The position numbers and the translations under genes were made by a program. The notes under the pieces were generated by a model. That model was not told the origin of the DNA and searched no databases. It worked only from the letters and a program-made list of their open reading frames with translations. 64,000 nt of DNA from an uncultured Anaerolineales bacterium (GTDB lineage: Bacteria > Chloroflexota > Anaerolineae > UBA1429), in contig CAZYWU010000002.1 in assembly GCA_964651255.1 (NCBI GenBank), positions 16,038-80,037 on the forward strand, in the 5' to 3' direction. The first letter of the stretch is position 1. Every line of letters begins with the position of its first letter. Below are positions 31,000 through 38,106 of this stretch, piece after piece.

Positions 31000-31440
31000 G
31001 GCGACGGAAGACGGTGTGTTTGCCCGCATCTATGCACTCCTTGTCACGGTGCCTCTCGGACGCGTGGTGTCCTATGGTGACACCTGCGTCATCGCCTGCA
31101 AGGATCGTGCCAACCTGGCCGACGAGGTAGACTGAATTCGCGTCGAGCGACAGGAATCGGGCCTGCCGGGTGAGTTCAGATCGACGCGTTACGTTGTACC
31201 GGCTGCGGAGCCTGCGTCGCCGCCTGTCCCTTTGAGGCTGTGGCGCTCGGGCCCGCTGGGCTCGCGGCCAAGTGCGATGGTTGCGGCGATCAGGTGACGG
31301 CCGGGCTGGAGTCGACTTGTGTCCGGGCCTGTCCCATGCGGGCGCTCTTTTTTCGGCGATCTAGAGACCGTCTCTCGCCCGCGCGTCGCCGATCCCGACT
31401 GGAACGATCATGGCATTGGTCCACGCGTCCAGTATGGGAT
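31000..31440 (+). pseudogene. Gene remnants: MGMT/Ogt-like winged-helix fragment (~31030-31135) and a 2x[4Fe-4S] ferredoxin fragment (~31175-31345) without start codon, in frame with selA upstream region
   Basis: Translations VFARIYALLVTVPLGRVVSYGD (start of the Ogt DNA-binding domain) then stop; RCTGCGACVAACPFEAV...KCDGCGDQVTAGLESTCVRACP (two CxxCxxCxxxCP clusters) begins right after a TGA, with no RBS or start. Confidence 0.4.
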
Positions 31441-31467
31441 ACGATCCGATCAGTGAGGAACAGTGAT

Positions 31468-32844
31468 ATGGCTGATGTTCACGATAAACTGAGATCTCTG
31501 CCGAGCGTAGATGCGCTTCTGAAGACGGAACCGTCCGCCAGCATTGCAGCCGCACACGGCCGGGCGGCCACCGTGGAGGCGTTACGTTCCGCTCTCGAGG
31601 AGGCCCGAGGCGCGATTCTCCATGGCGCCGACGTGCCCGATGAAGTTGACATCCTGGAGCGCGCCCGGGCCCTGGCAGCGATGGGTCAAGCGCCCACCCT
31701 CAAGCCCGTGATCAACGCCACCGGCGTCATCCTGCACACCAACCTGGGCAGGGCCCCCTTGAGTGCGGATGTGATCGCAGCGATCAGAGAGGTGGCCGAA
31801 GGCTACAGCAACCTGGAGTTTGATCTGGAAGCCGGACACAGAGGCTCGCGCTATGTCCACGCTGAGGGATTGCTATGCCAGCTCACCGGCGCCGAGGCAG
31901 CGCTCGTCGTGAACAACAACGCGGGCGCGGTCCTGCTGGCGCTATCGGCGCTGGCGCGCGACGCCGAGGTAGTCATCTCCCGCGGCCAGCTGGTGGAGAT
32001 CGGCGGCGGGTTTCGCATTCCGGATGTGATGGCGCAGAGCGGCGCCCGCCTGGTGGAGGTCGGCACCACCAATCGCACTTACCTGCGTGACTATGCCGCG
32101 GCCATTGGCGATCGCACCGCGGCCCTGATGCGCGTCCACACCAGCAACTTTCGCCTTCAAGGCTTTGTTCATCAGCCGGAGGCCTCCGAGCTGGCCGAAC
32201 TGGCCCACAGCCGCGGGCTGCTGCTCCTGGACGACCTGGGGAGCGGTACGCTCCTGGATACAGCGCGCTACGGCTTGCCGCATGAGCCCACGGTGCAGGA
32301 GAGCCTCACGGCAGGCGCCGATCTGGTATCCTTCAGTGGAGACAAGCTCCTGGGCGGTCCTCAGGCCGGCCTGCTGGTGGGGCGCGCCGAGATTATCGCG
32401 CGACTGCGGGAGTACCCCCTGACAAGAGCGCTGCGGGTGGACAAAGGGACACTGGCCGGGGTTCAGGCCAATCTGATGCATTACGTGCGCCAGGAGGCGG
32501 AGAGCTCGGTTCCGATCTGGCGCATGATGTCCCTCACGCAGGAACAAGTCGAGGCTGAGGCGCGCAGTCTACTTGAAAAGCTGGGCCCGTGTGGCCACAG
32601 TTGTGAGTTGATCCCGGGCCGGTCCATGATTGGCGGCGGCTCTCTGCCGGAGGAATCGCTGCCCACCATGCTGCTGGCCCTGCCGCCCTGCGATGCAGAC
32701 GCTATCGCGATGCAACTGCGTCAGGGAGCGCCCGCGGTGGTGGCTCGGATTCAGGACGGGCGAGTCGTCCTCGATCTGCGCACTGTCTCGCCCGGGGATG
32801 TGTCGCATCTGGCGCACCGCCTTGAGCAGGTACTCACCCCCTAG
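31468..32844 (+). CDS. selA: L-seryl-tRNA(Sec) selenium transferase
   Basis: MADVHDKLRSLPSVDALL N-terminus, INATGVILHTNLGRA, SRGQLVEIGGGFRIPDVM, FSGDKLLGGPQAG (PLP-Lys) collinear with E. coli SelA. GAGGAA RBS before the ATG at 31468; the upstream ORF-track extension is a ferredoxin-remnant fusion. Confidence 0.9.
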   Translation: MADVHDKLRSLPSVDALLKTEPSASIAAAHGRAATVEALRSALEEARGAILHGADVPDEVDILERARALAAMGQAPTLKPVINATGVILHTNLGRAPLSADVIAAIREVAEGYSNLEFDLEAGHRGSRYVHAEGLLCQLTGAEAALVVNNNAGAVLLALSALARDAEVVISRGQLVEIGGGFRIPDVMAQSGARLVEVGTTNRTYLRDYAAAIGDRTAALMRVHTSNFRLQGFVHQPEASELAELAHSRGLLLLDDLGSGTLLDTARYGLPHEPTVQESLTAGADLVSFSGDKLLGGPQAGLLVGRAEIIARLREYPLTRALRVDKGTLAGVQANLMHYVRQEAESSVPIWRMMSLTQEQVEAEARSLLEKLGPCGHSCELIPGRSMIGGGSLPEESLPTMLLALPPCDADAIAMQLRQGAPAVVARIQDGRVVLDLRTVSPGDVSHLAHRLEQVLTP

Positions 32845-32852
32845 CCCCAGAC

Positions 32853-34796
32853 TCAGGGCACCTGCTGCAGCGTCAGTGTGATCGGGATCTCCTCTGTAGT
32901 CAGGGGGCCGCTGGGGTCGGTGATCGGGCTGATCACCAGTACCGCGCGCTCGAGGGCCTGAGCGTCATCGCCAGGCGCCCACTCCGCATGGCCATCCAGC
33001 ATGGCGATGTCGTGAATGCTCACGCTATCCCCGGAGAACAGGATGGCGCGCACAATATAGTCCAGCGGCACGACGGCGTCGGTGCGCACGAAACCGTGCG
33101 CCGACCAGCCCGTTGCGTCCCCGTCCTCATCGCGCCAGCCGATCGCATCGATGGCGATGTTGTCCAAACACAGTCCGGGCTCCGTCTGTGCATCGTCCGT
33201 GAACATATCGAAACGAAGCAGGATTTGCGTTCCCGCATAGGGCGAGAGATCGATCTGTTCCGCCACCCATTGGGCCCTGTCTCCATCGGTGCCCGAGCGT
33301 CCCGTGTACAATGGCTGCGGCTCTTGCTCCCCCGCGGAACTGGGCGCAGTGTGCCTGCCAGAGAGCCAAACCCAATTTGAGCCGCCGTCCGCCGACACCC
33401 GGACGCCGCCCCAGTCCCAACCCGCCTCAATATCGTGCCACAGGTCAAAGGTCAGCGTTGCAGCCATCACTGCCCGCAAGTCTATGGTGCGCTCAAGCCA
33501 CGCATGACCTGCGTCGCCGCGGTTGGACCACCACATGGTAGGCCCATCGGGAACCGTGGCGGCGACCAGCCGCGTAGTGACAGGGGCATCCAACTGGACG
33601 GATAGATCAGCCAGGTCGCCTGTCGCACCACGCTCCAGTGCCACGTAATACGCCGTGTAGGGCCGGCCCGCAAGCGCTCTTTGGGCGGGATATTCGCCGA
33701 TGCTTTCCTCTACCGAGACCGAAACATCAATGTCGCGATACCCGTATGCGCCGCCGGCAAAATCCGGGCTATCCAGCAGGTTTGCCACGGTCCAATCGGC
33801 GAACAGGGCGCGAAAACTGCTCCCATCGAGGGCGCCTAGCACGCGATCAAAAGCGGCCGTGCCGTCCTCGGGAGCAGCCAGCAGCAGGCGAAGCGCATCG
33901 AGCCCATAGCACTCATAGTAATACTGCAGGAAAAGAAACGAGGCGCCATAGTGCCGGTGGACATCGCCGCGCTCGGTGGACCAGGTATTGAGCTGAATGT
34001 CCGGCGCATCCGCAAACGCTGACACTGCCTGTGATGGGCCCGGGTAACCTGCCAGCGTCTCGAGCAGCTGTGAGGCGCCTTCACTGACCCACGCGGCCTC
34101 GTTTGGATCGACCTGTGCCAGCCACACGTGCTGCATCTCGTGTGCGAGCACTGATGCGTACCGCTGCGTTCCAGGCGCCACGGCCGAGATATTCATCACA
34201 AAGAGAGGCGGTGCTGCCTCGCCCCCTTCCGAGGCATCCGCGGCCGCATAGTAACCGGACGCAGCGCTCGTGCGCACATTGAGCACCGCACAAAGTGGGG
34301 CTGCCTCGCTGCCCTTCTCGCCATAGATCGACTCCAGCGCGGGCAGAATGCGCTCCTCAATCCCGCGCATGGAGGCACGTAGCGCGCCAGAGTCAAGGGT
34401 TACGCCCTGCTCCACCCACATCTCCACAATCGAATCGCTCGCCACCAGCGACGCCTCGACCGCACTAGAAGTGGCCTCCGGCAGGTTCAGCACGCTGAAA
34501 ACGCGCACGTCTCCTGGCCCGGGGCGGCTGTAAGGGGCACTTGATGCGGGGGTTTCACCTGTGCGTCTCGCAGGCATCGCCGGGAAAGCATCGGGCCGGT
34601 CCTCTGGGCCGGCCGGCGCGACCAACGTCAGCACAGGCGTGTTGGTGAGGCCCTCGGGAGGCTCCGACGTGCAAGGCTGCGACGCCACCGAGACCGATTC
34701 GGCGGCCGTCGACACGCTGTCGGTGAGTGGGGCGCGACAACCCGTGCCCAGGAGCAGGCACACCGCGGCAATCAGGACCCCTCGAGCCAGGCGCAT
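32853..34796 (-). CDS. Secreted lipoprotein with HExxH zinc-metallopeptidase-like motif and C-terminal beta-rich domain
   Basis: Signal peptide plus LLGTGC lipobox; VLAHEMQHVW. The start at 34796 lies 9 nt after the upstream gene's stop. Confidence 0.6.
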   Translation of the reverse strand: MRLARGVLIAAVCLLLGTGCRAPLTDSVSTAAESVSVASQPCTSEPPEGLTNTPVLTLVAPAGPEDRPDAFPAMPARRTGETPASSAPYSRPGPGDVRVFSVLNLPEATSSAVEASLVASDSIVEMWVEQGVTLDSGALRASMRGIEERILPALESIYGEKGSEAAPLCAVLNVRTSAASGYYAAADASEGGEAAPPLFVMNISAVAPGTQRYASVLAHEMQHVWLAQVDPNEAAWVSEGASQLLETLAGYPGPSQAVSAFADAPDIQLNTWSTERGDVHRHYGASFLFLQYYYECYGLDALRLLLAAPEDGTAAFDRVLGALDGSSFRALFADWTVANLLDSPDFAGGAYGYRDIDVSVSVEESIGEYPAQRALAGRPYTAYYVALERGATGDLADLSVQLDAPVTTRLVAATVPDGPTMWWSNRGDAGHAWLERTIDLRAVMAATLTFDLWHDIEAGWDWGGVRVSADGGSNWVWLSGRHTAPSSAGEQEPQPLYTGRSGTDGDRAQWVAEQIDLSPYAGTQILLRFDMFTDDAQTEPGLCLDNIAIDAIGWRDEDGDATGWSAHGFVRTDAVVPLDYIVRAILFSGDSVSIHDIAMLDGHAEWAPGDDAQALERAVLVISPITDPSGPLTTEEIPITLTLQQVP

Positions 34797-34804
34797 CGCG
34801 GCGC

Positions 34805-35293
34805 TCAGGTCTTGGTAATCTCGAGCTGTGCGCCGCAGTTCGGGCACTTGCGTAACGCCTCGCGCACCGGCAGCTCGGTGCCACAGTATGGGCAGAGCTT
34901 TCTCGCCATCGCCGGCAGCAAGCCGGTAAAGATGTACACGACCCTGTCCTCGCGAGGCTCGGGGACGGCCGTACCCTCGCTGGTCAGTTCATCCATGACC
35001 TTTTGCGCCAGAGACTGCGGGATGTTGTACTCGGCTTGCAGTTGCGCCACGGTGAGCTCGCCACCCATCCTGCTGGCCATCTCAACCGCACCGCTCTTGA
35101 GCGCCGGCTCACTGATCGCGGCCAGGCGCATGAGCCGTCGGATTCCCGCCACGAGCAAAACCACGCCAACAGCCAGCAGCGCCAGCGCAGTGAGCAGCCG
35201 CGAGGTCGAGTTGGCGGCGATCAAAAAGACCAGGCCAAGGGTGATGAACGGAATCGACAACAGAGCGATGATCGTCGCGCCGAGCTTTTTCAT
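34805..35293 (-). CDS. Small membrane protein (2 TM) with C-terminal CPxCG zinc ribbon
   Basis: MKKLGATIIALLSIPFITLGLVFLIAA...CPYCGTEL...CPNCGAQL. Confidence 0.55.
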   Translation of the reverse strand: MKKLGATIIALLSIPFITLGLVFLIAANSTSRLLTALALLAVGVVLLVAGIRRLMRLAAISEPALKSGAVEMASRMGGELTVAQLQAEYNIPQSLAQKVMDELTSEGTAVPEPREDRVVYIFTGLLPAMARKLCPYCGTELPVREALRKCPNCGAQLEITKT

Positions 35294-35325
35294 GCGTTAC
35301 TCCTCTCCAGGGCGTGATTGTTGGC

Positions 35326-36510
35326 TTAGTGCCAGGCTTCGGTCGCCTTGTTCAGGGCCTCTCCCATCGTCTCAAAGAATCGCTGGATCGCCTCCGGCGT
35401 CAGCCGGTCGATGACATACCGCCGCGCAATCGCCGCAAACTCCAGGGGCGCGCGCAAAACCTCTTCCTCGTCCCGCGCTTCTTTGGCCAGCGCAGCCCAG
35501 GTCTGATTCACAGAGGCAACCTGGCGCGGCACACGAACCGTGATCTGCCGCAGTCCATACCGCTGTTGCTCGCCGAGGACCTGGCTCACGCTATCACCGA
35601 ACTTGTCCATCCCCGTATTGATACCCTTCAGCAGACCCAGGGTCTCCGACACGGCCGCCAGCGCCTCTTCATACCGGGCCCGGATGGCATTGTGCTCTGC
35701 AAGTTCCTTGAGCCTGGCACCGAGTTCGTCACTCATGGGCGGCGCCTCGGTCATTTCTGCGAGCGCGCGCTGGACGCCGTTCTGCCGTGCCAGCTCCGTC
35801 AGGTTATTGCGCACATAGTCATAGCGCGCCTGCCGCTCCGCAGTCTCGATGGTCGCCTGCTGCCACTGCTCGCGCAGCTTCGATTGCGTTTCGCTGGTCT
35901 CCTGGACCGCCGTGAGCCAGTTCTGGCGCACTTGACGCAACTCCTCGATGGCCCTGGTCTGCTTCTGCTTGATGCTTGCCTGGCGGCGCCTGGCTCGCCT
36001 GATCTGGCCTGCATGCGTCAGAAAGCTCAGAAATGGCTCACGCGCCGCCTGTAGTTCCTGGTAGGCCTCTGTGTATTCGTCCTGCAGATCCGCGATCTTG
36101 CGCTTGAGGGCCTCCTCGCGCGCATCCAGGTCCGGATTGGCCTTTTTCAGGGCCTGTATCGCCCGCTGGGCCGTGGCCATGCCCGCGTCGATGGCGTGGC
36201 GGCCGGACTCTAGCTGGACGGTGAGCTCGGCCATCTCGGCCTCCAGCCGCGCCCTTTCCTCCTGTTCAATGCGGTCAAGATACTCCTGAAAGACCGCCGG
36301 CAGCTCCGCACGTCGCACGGTCACCTGCGGGTAGCAGATGCCGAAGAGCCCCTGCCATACCGCCAGCTCCCGCTGGAACTCCTCGCGCAGTCGCTCCTGA
36401 ACTTCTGCTACCTCCGTGATGCAGCGATCCAGCTCCTCGTTCTTCTCGCGCAGATAGCGGTCGAACTCGCCGAGGTTCATGTCATAGCTTGCTGAATCAC
36501 GCAGAGCCAT
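35326..36510 (-). CDS. Coiled-coil protein of unknown function (highly charged, ~395 aa)
   Basis: Heptad-rich E/R/Q sequence. Likely start is the ATG at 36510 with GGGAGGG 9 nt upstream, or the ATG at 36519 embedded in the 61-bp repeat. Confidence 0.5.
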   Translation of the reverse strand: MALRDSASYDMNLGEFDRYLREKNEELDRCITEVAEVQERLREEFQRELAVWQGLFGICYPQVTVRRAELPAVFQEYLDRIEQEERARLEAEMAELTVQLESGRHAIDAGMATAQRAIQALKKANPDLDAREEALKRKIADLQDEYTEAYQELQAAREPFLSFLTHAGQIRRARRRQASIKQKQTRAIEELRQVRQNWLTAVQETSETQSKLREQWQQATIETAERQARYDYVRNNLTELARQNGVQRALAEMTEAPPMSDELGARLKELAEHNAIRARYEEALAAVSETLGLLKGINTGMDKFGDSVSQVLGEQQRYGLRQITVRVPRQVASVNQTWAALAKEARDEEEVLRAPLEFAAIARRYVIDRLTPEAIQRFFETMGEALNKATEAWH

Positions 36511-36513
36511 AGT

Positions 36514-36697
36514 GCTCATCCCTCCCGCGCACAACGCCCAAGATTGCCGACAAGAGTGTCGGCGGTCCGATGCCGCTCATCCCTCCCGCGCACAGCGCCC
36601 AAGATTGCCGACAAGAATGTCGGCGGTCCGATGCCGCTCATCCCTCCCGCGCGCGGGGCCCAAGACCGACACCGAATGTCCCGGAGAACAACGCCCG
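36514..36697. repeat. 61-bp tandem direct repeat: 2 near-identical copies plus a degenerate third
   Basis: Copies at ~36514-36574 and 36575-36635 differ at 2 of 61 positions; a third diverged copy at 36636-~36697. On the minus (sense) strand each unit is hairpin CCGACAcucuUGUCGG plus GGGAGGG ATG AGC. Copy 3 encodes the rSAM C-terminus and stop. Confidence 0.85.
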
Positions 36698-38101
36698 TTT
36701 TGCCCGCCAGACCAGTTTTCCCTTGAGTGAGCCACCCGGGGCGATACCCTCCAGCTCGTCAAAGTTGCCTCTTTGCGCCCAGTAGAGTGGGCAGGCGCCG
36801 CCACAAATATGCCGGATCTCGCAGCGCTCGCACACGGGTGGAATGAACTCTTTGTTCCTCCAATAGCGAGCCGTCCGGCTATTCCAAACAGTTTCGAAAG
36901 GCTGGTGCAACAGATCTCCAATGCCCTTCTCGAAACTGGAGCACGGCAGCAGCTCGCCCGCGGGATTCACAGAGATGAGGCCGTCAACACAGGCGCACGA
37001 TTTGCTGCCCAGGCCTGCCTGCACCGGATTGAACATACAATAGGGCACGGGCGAGTACCAGACAAACTCAATCCCCCGTTCGCGCGAGTAGGCCTGCACC
37101 TGCTCAATGATCGGGCCCACCTCCGCATAGGACATGTCGTCCTCATCATGGGCGAGAGCCGTCCCTGTACGGATCACCATATTCATAGAAAAGTACTCGC
37201 TGTGGAGATCCTCGGCCAGGAAATCGATGAGCTCCCGCCAGTGATCCCTGTTTCCTCCACAGAGCGTCGTGTTGGTGTGTGTATGCACATTCAGTGACCG
37301 CAGGTTGCGCACGCCCTGTGTGGCCGCAACCCACGATCCCGGATGCTGTGTGATCGCATCGTGTACGGCGCTGCTACCGCCCTCGATGCTCACCTGGGCG
37401 GAATCGAGACCGGCCTCCGCAAGCGACCGCGCATAGTCCAGGTCTCCGCAGCGAATCCCATTGGTGATCAGATTCACCCGCAGCCCCTTGGAGGCACCGT
37501 ATCGCACCAGCTCGGGCAGGTCCGTACGTAGCGTCGGCTCACCACCGGTGAATGAGAGTGTTGGGCATCGCGCTTCATCGGCGATCCGGTCGATGATGAC
37601 CTTCACCTCAGCGGTGGTCATCTCTTTGACATCGTCACCCCGGTTCGGCGCATTCGCATAGCAAAAGGTACAGCGATTGTTGCACCTGTAGGTCAGCGCG
37701 ATCTCGGATAGCACCGGCAGCGTGCGCTTGTGCGATCCAAATCGCATCACCTTCACACCTGGGACATCCATGATACGGTCGTTCAGTACGGACAACAGGC
37801 CCTCCAGCAGCGTGCTGATGTCGGCACGCACTCGCGCGGCATCCACGCCGTGACGTTGCGACACCTCGTCCACGAGCTCCTCGACGTCCGGCCCGCCCTC
37901 CCGGCTATAGAGGCGATCCAGCATGAAAGCCGCCGTTGCATTGAGGTAGTGCATGCTGGTCGGCCGAACGATCATCAGGCCGTCCTCGGGCCGGATGTAG
38001 ATGTACTCTCGTGTCGTGGCGATCACCTGCTCCGCAAAGCTCTGCAGATGAGGGGGCCCACTTGAATAACCCTGGTTCGTGCTTCGAACTTGATCTGTCA
38101 T
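36638..38101 (-). CDS. Radical SAM/SPASM-domain peptide-maturase-like enzyme with N-terminal PqqD-like RRE domain
   Basis: N-terminal ~90 aa PqqD/RRE-like (IYIRPEDGLMIVRPTSMHYLNATAAFMLDRL); CNNRCTFCY CxxxCxxC; SPASM cysteines CACVDG...CSSF...CERCEIRHICGGACP. ATG at 38101 is 5 nt after the upstream stop (alternative TTG at 38125). Confidence 0.85.
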   Translation of the reverse strand: MTDQVRSTNQGYSSGPPHLQSFAEQVIATTREYIYIRPEDGLMIVRPTSMHYLNATAAFMLDRLYSREGGPDVEELVDEVSQRHGVDAARVRADISTLLEGLLSVLNDRIMDVPGVKVMRFGSHKRTLPVLSEIALTYRCNNRCTFCYANAPNRGDDVKEMTTAEVKVIIDRIADEARCPTLSFTGGEPTLRTDLPELVRYGASKGLRVNLITNGIRCGDLDYARSLAEAGLDSAQVSIEGGSSAVHDAITQHPGSWVAATQGVRNLRSLNVHTHTNTTLCGGNRDHWRELIDFLAEDLHSEYFSMNMVIRTGTALAHDEDDMSYAEVGPIIEQVQAYSRERGIEFVWYSPVPYCMFNPVQAGLGSKSCACVDGLISVNPAGELLPCSSFEKGIGDLLHQPFETVWNSRTARYWRNKEFIPPVCERCEIRHICGGACPLYWAQRGNFDELEGIAPGGSLKGKLVWRAKRALFSGTFGVGLGPRAREG

Positions 38102-38106
38102 GCGGA

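Noticed and set aside
31170-31185. tRNA-like T-arm (GAGTTCAGATCGAC) that could mark a tRNA-Sec near selA
   Set aside because: Does not fit the T-loop consensus (position 58 is not A), with no matching acceptor, D or anticodon stems in the flanks.
31132-31470. In-frame TGA selenocysteine codon or selenoprotein upstream of selA (ferredoxin-like frame between two TGAs)
   Set aside because: Extending the frame upstream hits further stops (TAG at ~31126) within a few codons, and there is no SECIS-like hairpin or start; more consistent with gene debris.
36514-36697. Possible CRISPR array suggested by regular 61-bp repeats
   Set aside because: Repeats are directly adjacent with no unique spacers, only ~2.5 copies, and they overlap coding starts and stops; not CRISPR architecture.
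36512-36921. Plus-strand and alternative-frame ORFs (36512..36730, 36544..36726, 36570..36785, 36577..36921) with repetitive PLIPPAH/SAVRCRSSLPR sequences
   Set aside because: Artefacts of translating the 61-bp tandem repeat and the antisense of the rSAM 3' end; identical peptide blocks recur because of DNA repeats, not selection.
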